A program made the translations under genes and the position numbers. This document shows, one piece after another, positions 47,374-56,633 of a stretch of DNA of 64,000 nt. Each line of letters starts with the position of its first letter. The stretch's first letter is position 1. The notes below the pieces were generated by a model that searched no databases, had not been told where the DNA came from, and saw nothing but the letters and a program-made list of their open reading frames with translations. The DNA is from a phage, in sequence record PV467748.1; one strand, written 5' to 3'.

Positions 47374-48354
47374 TTATTTCAGAAGTGTAACTTCAGCGAT
47401 TTCGCTCCAGTCATTTTTATCGGTGGCAATGAAGTCCGCCAGATAAAGAGCCGTACGTAATGATACGTTACGAAGACGAGATACATTGGCCTTCATCCAT
47501 GCTAGAGCTTGATAAGTCTCAGCATCAGTCAGACCTCGGTTTTGCATCATATCAGTGGACAGGATAACGTCTTCAACACGAACCATAATCTCTTCATTCG
47601 AGTGAACTCCGAGGTCTAAGTAAACTGAACGAGATACTAAAGCCTGGAGGTGTGGAGCAAGTTTAGTGCCGCGTTCTAATTCACGGTCAATATCAACGTT
47701 GGTGATGAACACGATGGTGCCTTCATATTCGAATTCTTTATCGATATTTTTATCATCGAGGTAAGAACTTGAAGTGCTCCAGCACACCTTACGTTTTTCA
47801 CCGGTATCCAATGCCGCTTTTAACAGGTTCAGGATATCCATATCAGAGAATACATCGACATCATCGATAAGAAGAACACTATTAGGGCCGCGGTTATTCC
47901 AAAGCTGCTCGTAAAGACCGATTCCACTAATCTTTCCGTTGATTGATTTATATTCGATAGTTTCATTTTCGTGGGCATTCTGTAATGCTTTATCCAAAGA
48001 ATACGTTTTACCAATACCTGCGGCACCAGAGATGATAAGGGAACGAATTTTACCATCGATGATTCCGTTAGTCATCATGTTCATTACTTTAAAACGTTTG
48101 TTGATGCGGTGTTTCATTTCTTCAGCGGATTCAGTAACCACTACAGGAGCTTCAGCACCTTCCATTTCAACATCACATTTGAACACCCATATACCACGTT
48201 CAACACCATCAATCTGTACGAATACCTTGCCATCACCGAGGTGAGCTTCGGATTCATGAATTTTATTAGGGAACCAGGTTTTACCTGAACTCATGAACGT
48301 ACCAGAGATTTCATTACCGCGATAGATACCTTTGTTGATTTTGATAGTTAACAT
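47374..48354 (-). CDS. AAA+/P-loop ATPase (326 aa; start refined)
   Basis: Walker A ISGAAGIGKTYSL, Walker B VLLIDDVD. Confidence 0.55.
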   Translation of the reverse strand: MLTIKINKGIYRGNEISGTFMSSGKTWFPNKIHESEAHLGDGKVFVQIDGVERGIWVFKCDVEMEGAEAPVVVTESAEEMKHRINKRFKVMNMMTNGIIDGKIRSLIISGAAGIGKTYSLDKALQNAHENETIEYKSINGKISGIGLYEQLWNNRGPNSVLLIDDVDVFSDMDILNLLKAALDTGEKRKVCWSTSSSYLDDKNIDKEFEYEGTIVFITNVDIDRELERGTKLAPHLQALVSRSVYLDLGVHSNEEIMVRVEDVILSTDMMQNRGLTDAETYQALAWMKANVSRLRNVSLRTALYLADFIATDKNDWSEIAEVTLLK

Positions 48355-48444
48355 TATATTCTCCGTTTCACTCAGTAGATTTGATAGGTCCATAATAACA
48401 TGCTCTACGAGGTTGTAAACACTTTTTTGCACTAAACCCAAAAA

Positions 48445-48468
48445 AAGGACCCCGAAGGGTCCTAAATT
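48445..48468 (-). terminator. UUCG-tetraloop hairpin
   Basis: aggaccc-cgaa-gggtcct preceded by an A-run (U-run on the transcript). Confidence 0.5.
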
Positions 48469-48686
48469 GCGCTCCAATAATTATGGAAGCGGATATTATT
48501 GATAGCCCAGTTAATACAACGTCTTATCTGCTTAGTCGTAGGCTTGCATACGTACTTGAAATTGATTCTTCTACCGGTTTCTCTACAAACTACTTCAAGA
48601 TACCAACGACAGGTTTTATGAGGTCTTCCATATGACAGGAAAACCTTGATTTCTTCTTTAACGGTAATAAGAGTTGTGGTTGTCAA
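48462..48686 (-). CDS. small basic protein with KPTTKQIRR motif (family member 4)
   Basis: shared motif. Confidence 0.4.
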   Translation of the reverse strand: MTTTTLITVKEEIKVFLSYGRPHKTCRWYLEVVCRETGRRINFKYVCKPTTKQIRRCINWAINNIRFHNYWSAI

Positions 48687-49698
48687 GATACACCTCTTCG
48701 ACGAACTTGTCCCAGAACTTCATGTCTACCTTCTCAGGCATACCGTTCTTAGCAGCCTGGATGGCTAGGACTTCAACCAAATCAACAGTATCTTCAAGAA
48801 GTTCTTGAACTTCTTTAAATGGTAATTCACCGGCTTTAATCAGCTTAATGATAGAGGCTTCACGCAATGGGAACACCAGGTCGCCTGTTTGGTAGATTTC
48901 CAACAATTGATACCCTGCGCGATAAGCATGGCTCAGAGCTTTCCAGTCAATACCTTCGTTAGCTTCAGCTTTACGGGCCCGTTCACCATATTCCGCATCG
49001 AGCTTATTCAGAGATTGCTTGAGCTCGATTAAAGATAAAGTAGTTTGGTACTTACGTCCAAGAACAGTATAGAACGTTTGAGGGCCTGTTTTCTCATGGT
49101 TATGGAATACCCATTCACAGAATTCGTTTTCAGGGAGTCGATGTTTGATATCTTCTACCTTAGTGCGACGTTGCTTAGTAGAACCATCTTCTTGATAATC
49201 AACCCACTGTTCAGGAATCTGGTTGACTATTGCCAGTACACCACGCAGAGCAGCCAGACGAGAACCTTTAACACCATATTTAGAAGCTTGCTTACGGACA
49301 TACCCTAAATAGGCTTTCATGTTGGTTGTATAGAACCGAGAACGGTTGTCTTGGATAAATTTCCATACATCAGGTAAATCAGATTTAACCACCATTTCAG
49401 GCGGAGTGTGGAGCATATCCAGAGCAACGGTTTCGCCATCAGCAGCCAGTTTAAAGAAATATTTCAGGCTATAAAGCTCATGGTCAACATCATCTTTAGT
49501 GTTTTTGGAAGCAGTGTTATTCGTGTTCAGGTTGGTATGGTTCATAGCCGTACCTAACAGAATATCACGCGGATGCGGAACAAAGATTTCTTTAAAATCG
49601 ATATCAGATTCCGGAGTACTTGTTCCATAAAGGTGGCTACCGAAGTAGCCCTTCATAATTGTTCTCATTCTTTGTTCTCGAAGTGGATTACAGGACAC
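48658..49698 (-). CDS. pol-beta-superfamily nucleotidyltransferase domain protein (346 aa)
   Basis: YFGSHLYGTSTPESDIDF matches the GS-x10-DxD minimal nucleotidyltransferase signature. Confidence 0.5.
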   Translation of the reverse strand: MSCNPLREQRMRTIMKGYFGSHLYGTSTPESDIDFKEIFVPHPRDILLGTAMNHTNLNTNNTASKNTKDDVDHELYSLKYFFKLAADGETVALDMLHTPPEMVVKSDLPDVWKFIQDNRSRFYTTNMKAYLGYVRKQASKYGVKGSRLAALRGVLAIVNQIPEQWVDYQEDGSTKQRRTKVEDIKHRLPENEFCEWVFHNHEKTGPQTFYTVLGRKYQTTLSLIELKQSLNKLDAEYGERARKAEANEGIDWKALSHAYRAGYQLLEIYQTGDLVFPLREASIIKLIKAGELPFKEVQELLEDTVDLVEVLAIQAAKNGMPEKVDMKFWDKFVEEVYLDNHNSYYR

Positions 49699-50117
49699 AT
49701 CTTAGATTTACGAGCTTTAATGTATTGAATAACGATATTTTCTTTAGTTTCTCGGCCTTCACGCTCAGCTTGAATACGTTGCCATTCCTTTTCTTCTCTA
49801 CGGGCATCATACCATGCGTGTAAATTCATCGCACCAAATGCCAAACCGATGGATAGTGCAATAATAAGAGCTATTGTAATCAACCCTAAAGCAAACCCTA
49901 GACTCAACAGAACAGGAGTACTTAATACAAAGAAATGCTCTAATACCCCAGCGCCTGCAACAGTTAATCCAAAAAGCGTACTACCTGCAACAACAGCACA
50001 AGCAAAACAAGCCCAAACCATTTTCCAGAAATAAGCACACAAAGAGTGTGGTCGAGAATGACGGTCATAAAAACGGTCGTGTAATTTAACGTGCCAAGAG
50101 TTTGTGTTGATAATCAT
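49665..50117 (-). CDS. membrane protein (150 aa)
   Basis: several hydrophobic segments. Confidence 0.45.
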   Translation of the reverse strand: MIINTNSWHVKLHDRFYDRHSRPHSLCAYFWKMVWACFACAVVAGSTLFGLTVAGAGVLEHFFVLSTPVLLSLGFALGLITIALIIALSIGLAFGAMNLHAWYDARREEKEWQRIQAEREGRETKENIVIQYIKARKSKMCPVIHFENKE

Positions 50118-50127
50118 AATATTTTCC

Positions 50128-50688
50128 TTAAGAGTTCATAGTTGGGATAACAGAGTTCAGATAAGAGACTAAAGCCTTGAGCTCGTCTTTAGTAAATACC
50201 ACTTCACTTTCACCATCGTGTCTTTGGGTCAAGGATAGCAAATCACGACCCTGATATTGATACACGGTTAATTCAGTATCATAATCCAGTTCTTCTTCGT
50301 CGCCTTCAAAGGTTTCACTAGAGCGAATTACAGCATCTTGACCAGGCACTTTCCATTCGACTTCTGGCTTGCATTCTTCCTGGAACAGTTTGAAAATACA
50401 ATCAAAGAATTTATCAGAATCGCTGATGCTCAGACATTCAATACCATTTTCCAGATTAAACCCAGTTTCATTTTTATAGATATAGGCAAACACATCATCA
50501 TTGATATCGATAGGAGCACTATGTCGACCGTTAAGATAATCGTGTCTATCTAAAACCATTAAATCATAAAGCGGTTTAATATCAGCGATAGTCAGTACGA
50601 TTTTATCGTCTTCTTGTGAAAGCTCAATTGCGTTATTAACTACTTCAGCGGACAGTTCGCCAAACAATTCAGTTGTTTCAATAATCAT
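50128..50688 (-). CDS. hypothetical acidic protein (186 aa)
   Basis: ORF only. Confidence 0.45.
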   Translation of the reverse strand: MIIETTELFGELSAEVVNNAIELSQEDDKIVLTIADIKPLYDLMVLDRHDYLNGRHSAPIDINDDVFAYIYKNETGFNLENGIECLSISDSDKFFDCIFKLFQEECKPEVEWKVPGQDAVIRSSETFEGDEEELDYDTELTVYQYQGRDLLSLTQRHDGESEVVFTKDELKALVSYLNSVIPTMNS

Positions 50689-50698
50689 TTTCTATTCC

Positions 50699-50896
50699 TC
50701 AACGGTTATGTTTTAAAATACTATAAAGCTCTTCGACTTGGTCTGCATTCAGACAAATCATATCATTTTCTTGTTGGAGCGTAATTCCACCTTTTTCTTC
50801 CCAATCTTTAACAAAGACGTCATCGTCAGATTCTTCAACATCTGCTAAAAGGGCAATCACACCATCTTCAGAACAACCATTTGGATCGTATAACAT
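50699..50896 (-). CDS. hypothetical protein (65 aa)
   Basis: ORF only. Confidence 0.35.
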   Translation of the reverse strand: MLYDPNGCSEDGVIALLADVEESDDDVFVKDWEEKGGITLQQENDMICLNADQVEELYSILKHNR

Positions 50897-51016
50897 TTAC
50901 AATTTCCTCGCTAACCATGAAAAGAATAAACCGATTAAAATAGGGCCTATAATCATTGTTGACCAAGCCCAGGGTTCTAAGTAATAAATCATCTCATACT
51001 CCTGTGCCAATAGCCA

Positions 51017-51199
51017 TTATGCTTTCAACTCATTAAGATACTCAACCAATGCCGCTTTAGAGTTATCCAAATCTCGTTTACACTGCTCTATTGCGGAATA
51101 TGAATAGCCTTCACAATGTTCTACTGCACTATCATAAGAATCACGTTCAATAGCAGTAGCCAGTTTAAGGATTTGTTCAATCTGTTCAGTAGTTAACAT
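51017..51199 (-). CDS. hypothetical protein (60 aa)
   Basis: ORF only. Confidence 0.35.
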   Translation of the reverse strand: MLTTEQIEQILKLATAIERDSYDSAVEHCEGYSYSAIEQCKRDLDNSKAALVEYLNELKA

Positions 51200-51203
51200 A
51201 TTA

Positions 51204-51440
51204 TCACCAGTATTTGTTGATGGTAGAAATCAATTCTTGGGCTTGAGTAGTCTTCAGCTTACACCCACAACCCTTTAATGTATCTTTAAGGAGCCATGGT
51301 TCCTTGAGCTCGTCCTTTTCTAGGCGAATTCTGTATCCTCGATAATCGACAAAGATGCTTTGGTCGTCGAATATCTTAACCTCAAGAAGGCGGTTATTAA
51401 TTTCATATTCTAATGAAACCGTAGTACTTGTAAGTTTCAT
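51204..51440 (-). CDS. hypothetical protein (78 aa)
   Basis: early promoter at 51455-51498. Confidence 0.4.
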   Translation of the reverse strand: MKLTSTTVSLEYEINNRLLEVKIFDDQSIFVDYRGYRIRLEKDELKEPWLLKDTLKGCGCKLKTTQAQELISTINKYW

Positions 51441-51537
51441 TTTGTTCTCCTCATTAGTTGATAGGTCTATAGTATCACGTTCCTAGAGGATGTAAACACC
51501 TAAACGAAAAAAGGTCCCACCGAAGTGAGACCTTTGA

Positions 51538-51921
51538 TTATTCTAACGTTAACAAATATTTAGTCTGGTAAAAGACACCAGTGATATCGTCCAAAGTCGA
51601 CTGGATGGCCTTAGGAAGTGTATCATAGATTTTATCAGATGCTTTAAGAAGCTCGTCAAGAAAATCTACCGGGTCCTTAGGCAAGTCTGAAGCAGACGGT
51701 AATGATGCTTTATATTCTTTGCCACTGAATCCGAGATATTGCTCACTAAATTGGTCCAGTGGTCCTTGAACTTCTACATAATAGAAGTCATACGCTTTGT
51801 GTCTTGCATAGCTTTTGGTTTCTAAATGGGCTGACTTAAAATAGGCTAAAGAAACCAGTAGCCAACCAATATAAGAATCCACTTCAGACCCTCGACCGGG
51901 TACGAAATCATTGAACTTCAT
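51538..51921 (-). CDS. hypothetical protein (127 aa; rI.1 position)
   Basis: ORF only. Confidence 0.4.
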   Translation of the reverse strand: MKFNDFVPGRGSEVDSYIGWLLVSLAYFKSAHLETKSYARHKAYDFYYVEVQGPLDQFSEQYLGFSGKEYKASLPSASDLPKDPVDFLDELLKASDKIYDTLPKAIQSTLDDITGVFYQTKYLLTLE

Positions 51922-52201
51922 CTTCCACCTTCATTAGTTTTGCATAACGCTCTCCGATGGCACGACCTTCAATTGAGCATGTTTCTACAGTCTGACAACT
52001 TGAAATCTTCCAGGAAGCCGTAACATAGGCCCAATAGTCTTCGGAGGCCTTTACGCTAGGTCTACTCATTTGCGCATAAACAGGCATCGCACTACTAGCA
52101 AATGCATCCATCAATTTATCATGAGTATTATTTGCTAGTGAAACTGTAGGGCTTAAACATCCCGCCATAAGGATACAAGCCGCTGTACGGAAAATATCCA
52201 T
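51908..52201 (-). CDS. rI: lysis-inhibition regulator rI-like protein
   Basis: N-terminal signal anchor; C-terminal SSCQTVETCSIEGRAIGERYAKLMKV resembles remembered T4 RI; adjacent to tk. Confidence 0.55.
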   Translation of the reverse strand: MDIFRTAACILMAGCLSPTVSLANNTHDKLMDAFASSAMPVYAQMSRPSVKASEDYWAYVTASWKISSCQTVETCSIEGRAIGERYAKLMKVEDEVQ

Positions 52202-52287
52202 ACAAAAGTCCTTTGTTGTTTTATACTATTTGCCTTTCGGCCTTAACCGATAGCGATTACCAAAAGCTAAAGCTCTACGGTTAGTAT

Positions 52288-52300
52288 TATTATTTATAGC
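52288..52300 (-). promoter_or_regulatory. possible late promoter (TATAAATA) upstream of rI
   Basis: plus tatttata at 52291-52298; ~90 nt from the rI ATG, could be chance. Confidence 0.25.
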
Positions 52301-52572
52301 TTTTTAAGCTTACGACAATAAGAATAGAACACGTCGTTAAAATTATGCTCAGCCCAATTCCTCTGTATAGGCGAGGTAATGGAAAGCATATAATGGGCTT
52401 TAATTAAGTCCATCCCATTTTTATTAGGACATTCTTTATTATTAGCATTATACGTCGCCGCTACAACCTCTATCTCTCTTTTGTAAGCCACCTCATCCAT
52501 GATAGGCGAAAGAACAATATAAGAAATAGCCACAGCGAACGCTAGAATTAAAATCTTTGAATTTAGGTCCAT
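52294..52572 (-). CDS. membrane-anchored small protein (92 aa)
   Basis: N-terminal hydrophobic segment. Confidence 0.4.
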   Translation of the reverse strand: MDLNSKILILAFAVAISYIVLSPIMDEVAYKREIEVVAATYNANNKECPNKNGMDLIKAHYMLSITSPIQRNWAEHNFNDVFYSYCRKLKKL

Positions 52573-52579
52573 AGTACCC

Positions 52580-53152
52580 TCAACTCGTTATTTCTATCCA
52601 GTGCTTCCTGCACAATGACACGTAAGAATCGTTGCCACCTATAGAAACTTGGGCTCCGTCCTTAATTGCGACACCATCTTGGACCCTAGCAGTCATAGTA
52701 GCTTTACGGCCGCAATGGCACACACCTTTGTACTCAACGAGTTTATCTGCCGTAGCGAGTAATTCAGCAGAACCAGGAAACAGTTTACCCTGAAAATCAG
52801 TTCTTAGCCCATAGCACATAACTGGAACATTATAATTGTCTACTATCTTTGCCAGTTGTTTTATCTGTGCAGGTTCTAAGAACTGTGCTTCATCCACAAA
52901 CACACAGTGGATATCTTTTTGAGATTCAGCCCAACGATAGAACTCGTATAGGTCCATATCCGGAGTCACTGCATTAGCCTCTTGACTAATCCCTATACGA
53001 GACGAAATGGTATGGCTTGATTCTCTATTGTCTATCGCAGGCTTTAAAAGGAGCACGCCCATACCACGTTCTTTGTAGTTATGAGCTGCCGTTAGCAATG
53101 AAGCGGTCTTACCTGAGTTCATTGCCGCATAGTGAAACATCAAACTTGCCAT
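52580..53152 (-). CDS. tk: thymidine kinase
   Basis: MASLMFHYAAMNSGKTASLL...VFVDEAQF...CHCGRKA collinear with remembered T4 Tk. Confidence 0.95.
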   Translation of the reverse strand: MASLMFHYAAMNSGKTASLLTAAHNYKERGMGVLLLKPAIDNRESSHTISSRIGISQEANAVTPDMDLYEFYRWAESQKDIHCVFVDEAQFLEPAQIKQLAKIVDNYNVPVMCYGLRTDFQGKLFPGSAELLATADKLVEYKGVCHCGRKATMTARVQDGVAIKDGAQVSIGGNDSYVSLCRKHWIEITS

Positions 53153-53877
53153 TTAGATACAATTCCTCTATAAGAACAATCAGGATAACCTTTATTCAGG
53201 GCTATCTTTTTAAACATATATGCCGAGGGCTTATTAGATTCTTCCCATAGCATTTTCAATTCGTCATAATATTTCCAAGCCTCATTTCTAATAGGAGAAG
53301 GTTTTCCTTTCATTGCACCTTGTTTACCAAACATAGGATTCTTTTCACCCTTTTTAGAATCACTCATGTTTTTAATAGTAGCACATGAATGCTTAAAGCC
53401 TTTTAATTTTTTAGAGGCTTGCCCTATTTTAGCTTTATGTTCGTCTGTAAACCCTATTCTATTTGAATAGTGGTTCTGGCCTTTATTAGAAGTAGTGTGT
53501 TTAGAAGCTTCTATCCTCGCGTCGCTCCATTTAACTCCTTTTTTAGACCTAGACATTTTATATTTGGTCAATAAAGATAACTTGGACCCTTTCTTTTTAC
53601 CACGTCCGCCATCAGCAAAATTTAAGGAATGTTTTCCATATTTTAATTTAGCTTTTTCTACTAAAGGAACTTCAGCGTCGTAAGCTTCATCCTCAGTTTC
53701 AAAGAATTTTAATATACGGGTTTTATAAGGGTGTTTTTTGCAAATATTTTTAACAACAGTACCACTTCCAAAATACCCATCAGAAAGATTATCGGTAGAA
53801 TGTTTTCCTACGTAATAATAGTTGGCCTTGAGGGTTTTTATTACAGTTAAATAATTATAATGGAATTCCTTTACCAT
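53140..53877 (-). mobile_element. free-standing GIY-YIG-type homing endonuclease-like gene (Seg-like)
   Basis: N-terminal YYYVGKHST...YFGSGT; basic C-terminal half with repeated NUMOD-like KKG...NPMFGK elements; overlaps tk start. Confidence 0.45.
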
Positions 53878-53886
53878 ATTACCTTC

Positions 53887-54081
53887 TTAAAGACTATTCA
53901 CATAAGCAATTAATTCATTTTCTTTTTTAGAAAACTCATCTTCTTCATCACCATACGCATCCCAAGGAAGAGAGTTATCTAATTCACATTCTGTATTGAG
54001 TTCCATAAGCTCATGGATAAGCTCAAACAATTTATCTTTCTGTTCTTTACTCAGACTCATAACCATTGCACCTTTAAGCAA
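53887..54081 (-). CDS. hypothetical protein (64 aa)
   Basis: ORF only. Confidence 0.35.
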   Translation of the reverse strand: MLKGAMVMSLSKEQKDKLFELIHELMELNTECELDNSLPWDAYGDEEDEFSKKENELIAYVNSL

Positions 54082-54269
54082 TATTCTTCTACATGCTGTT
54101 TACGTTTATTTTTATCTATAAAAGTATATTCAACATATTCACCGATATACCATTTATCAGTATTGTGTTGACTTTTTATAGGGCATTTAGTTACTCGTGT
54201 TTCGGTCCAGTGCCGAATAATTTCCGCTTTGTTTTTAGGGTCAAATGGATGCGGGTAATGTGCTTTCAT
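54057..54269 (-). CDS. hypothetical protein (70 aa)
   Basis: ORF only. Confidence 0.35.
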   Translation of the reverse strand: MKAHYPHPFDPKNKAEIIRHWTETRVTKCPIKSQHNTDKWYIGEYVEYTFIDKNKRKQHVEEYCLKVQWL

Positions 54270-54720
54270 AATCCACCACTATTAAATCAATATCAGGAGT
54301 AAACATGTCGATTAATTTAGAAACCTTGTCCCAATCACCGCCAGCAATACCACAACCTATACGAGGAATATAAATTCTTGGTTTAAACAAAAGGTCATTT
54401 GCTTGTAGATTTAATTCTATCATACAGTTTACTAAAGCACCGTAATCAAGATTAGGGCCTGGTTCGTATTGGGTATATAAATTATAGCACATTGCAAATC
54501 CATTAGGCTTATGTTTAAAAACAATAGACATATCACCTAATTTATCTCGAGAGCCGTATTCGGTAGTAGTCTTATCAATTTCTAAAATTTTAGGATAAGC
54601 TCTTGCTAATTGACCTGCTACACCTGAACCCATAGTGTGAAAACAGTTGCACCCATGTGCAATAATATTACCTTGGAGAAACAGGGCGACGATATCGCCC
54701 TTAATATAATTAATAATCAT
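54241..54720 (-). CDS. macro-domain-like protein (ADP-ribose binding/processing)
   Basis: GDIVALFLQGNIIAHGCNC...MGSGVAGQLA resembles the GDI...N-A-AN...GGGV-GAI macro signature. Confidence 0.45.
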   Translation of the reverse strand: MIINYIKGDIVALFLQGNIIAHGCNCFHTMGSGVAGQLARAYPKILEIDKTTTEYGSRDKLGDMSIVFKHKPNGFAMCYNLYTQYEPGPNLDYGALVNCMIELNLQANDLLFKPRIYIPRIGCGIAGGDWDKVSKLIDMFTPDIDLIVVDYESTLPASI

Positions 54721-55073
54721 TTAGAGTTTAGTCCTCGGTTGTAAGAGTCAACGAGTCTGTCTACCATAGACGCGCACATTTCTTTGTACTTTTTATCAGA
54801 TGGAACACATTCAGTAACGTTTAGACGTTGCTCGTATCTTTTAGAAAGAGTTTTCTCTTTCATTCGGCGATGCTCGACGTCGTTCTGTCCATCTTTAAAA
54901 GCAGCTGTTATTTTTGAACTGAATTCAATAACACATTCAGTATTACTAGGATGACAATAATCTTTTGCTGTACGGGTAGCATACTCGACAATTGAATTAT
55001 TACTATCACCAACTTGTGACGCTAATACTCCCGGAGCAATCAACATAAGCGCTATAGTCATCTGTTTAATCAT
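54717..55073 (-). CDS. secreted protein (118 aa) with signal peptide
   Basis: MIKQMTIALMLIAPGVLASQ signal sequence. Confidence 0.45.
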   Translation of the reverse strand: MIKQMTIALMLIAPGVLASQVGDSNNSIVEYATRTAKDYCHPSNTECVIEFSSKITAAFKDGQNDVEHRRMKEKTLSKRYEQRLNVTECVPSDKKYKEMCASMVDRLVDSYNRGLNSK

Positions 55074-55613
55074 TTAATATACCGCCTCAAACATCTTTTT
55101 AGATTTTAGGTAATTGGCCTTTTCTAGAACTTCGGAAGCATATTTACTGCCTGCTTTGACGTCCCAGCCCGCATTATAAGAAGCAATCGCTTTTCTCAGG
55201 TCACCTTTGTGAACATCAATCCAATAAGACAGTTCAATGTAGGCCCAAGAGGCACTGTTCTGTCGTTTTTGGACCATACGAATTATTTCTTTATCAGACA
55301 TCTTCCAACCTACCTGTTGAACACGACTTCTTAACGTAGGCAAGTAATTTTGGAACATGCCATAAGCATGGTGCTTATCTTTATTTAAACCCTGATTAAT
55401 TCCGGCGGATGATTCCTGCCATAGTAATCCGGCCATGATATATCCTAATCCTTTTTGATTAGGGTTTTCTTTGAACTTTCCCGACTTTTGGTATTGTTCA
55501 CCGAAAGCATACGCATAATGTAAATTGTCGAGCTGCTCACTGTTGAAAGTAGGCTCTACGCTATAGGCAGACATACTAACTGTCAATAGTAAAGTGGCTA
55601 ATACTTTTTTCAT
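55074..55613 (-). CDS. secreted lytic transglycosylase (SLT domain)
   Basis: signal peptide; LWQESSAG (catalytic Glu-Ser), GMFQ, SYNAGW motifs. Confidence 0.6.
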   Translation of the reverse strand: MKKVLATLLLTVSMSAYSVEPTFNSEQLDNLHYAYAFGEQYQKSGKFKENPNQKGLGYIMAGLLWQESSAGINQGLNKDKHHAYGMFQNYLPTLRSRVQQVGWKMSDKEIIRMVQKRQNSASWAYIELSYWIDVHKGDLRKAIASYNAGWDVKAGSKYASEVLEKANYLKSKKMFEAVY

Positions 55614-55625
55614 GAGTCCTCATTA

Positions 55626-56084
55626 TTAAAGATAGATTACTTTCGTGCTGGTTTTACCTTCTAAACGTTTAGAGTTAACAAATGCCATACGACATTTTAA
55701 TGAATATCCTTTATCAGGATGTTTACGATCTACGGTCATACCCAACCATAAGGTTTTATCGGTAATCTCGAGACGCAGTGGGCGATACACTTTACCAGGG
55801 ACAATTTCAGATTCTATGTCAGGAAGAGGCTCCTGGATTAAAAATTCATGGATTTCTTTAACATGATTGTGGAGCTTCTTGAACAAAGAGAAAACGTATT
55901 TTTCGTCAATTTCACGTTGGATAGCACGGTCCAACAGGTGATTAGAGTACTTAATAAAGAAAGCTGGGACCCCGCTCTTGATGGCGGCTTTTTTGATGGA
56001 CGCGTTAAGTTCACGAAATTCGGTTTCGAACTGACGACGTAATTTGTTGCGGCGGATGAATACTTCTGAATTAATTTCTGACAT
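55626..56084 (-). CDS. regB: RegB endoribonuclease
   Basis: VFIRRNKLRR...KYSNHLLDRAIQREIDE collinear with remembered T4 RegB; 152 aa. Confidence 0.85.
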   Translation of the reverse strand: MSEINSEVFIRRNKLRRQFETEFRELNASIKKAAIKSGVPAFFIKYSNHLLDRAIQREIDEKYVFSLFKKLHNHVKEIHEFLIQEPLPDIESEIVPGKVYRPLRLEITDKTLWLGMTVDRKHPDKGYSLKCRMAFVNSKRLEGKTSTKVIYL

Positions 56085-56099
56085 TTTGTAATCTCCTGT

Positions 56100-56142
56100 A
56101 GTTGATAGGTCTATAGTACCACGTCTACAGGAGATGTAAACT
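56100..56142 (-). promoter_or_regulatory. T4-type early promoter upstream of regB
   Basis: minus GTTTACATCTCCTGTAGACGTGGTACTATAGACC. Confidence 0.6.
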
Positions 56143-56145
56143 GCT

Positions 56146-56397
56146 TTATTCTTGGAATGGGGTAAGTTTTCCGACAGCAGAACAAATTTCTACCAGCACC
56201 GGATAAAACTCTTTCACCTGTTCAAGGCGCTGGGCTGCGTACTGCAATTCACCTTCTTCAATACAAGCCGTTTGGTCGTCAAGCAAGTATTTGTGGTAGC
56301 CGGTACAGGCTTCACCGATGATGCGTTGGAATTCTTGCAAACTTTCGATTTTCATTAGTATTTCTCTTCCGGTTGGAAAACGGAACGACAGGCCCAC
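56146..56397 (-). CDS. hypothetical protein (83 aa)
   Basis: ORF only. Confidence 0.4.
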   Translation of the reverse strand: MGLSFRFPTGREILMKIESLQEFQRIIGEACTGYHKYLLDDQTACIEEGELQYAAQRLEQVKEFYPVLVEICSAVGKLTPFQE

Positions 56398-56633
56398 ATA
56401 CTAGCTTCTTTAAGACGGTCAATTGCATTACGAATCTGGGTAATGCGTTCATGAGCCTGGTCTAGTTCTTGTTCAGAAACCTCTTCGGCATCTAAGTTCA
56501 TATAATAGGTAACATGTTCTTCTTCTAATGCTTTAAAGATTAAGCCTAATCGAACTTCGGCATCTTTAATAGCATTCACTTTACTGATTTTGTCATCGGT
56601 ATGTGGCTTATAACCTTTGATATCTTCAATCAT
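56355..56633 (-). CDS. hypothetical protein (92 aa)
   Basis: ORF only. Confidence 0.4.
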   Translation of the reverse strand: MIEDIKGYKPHTDDKISKVNAIKDAEVRLGLIFKALEEEHVTYYMNLDAEEVSEQELDQAHERITQIRNAIDRLKEASMWACRSVFQPEEKY

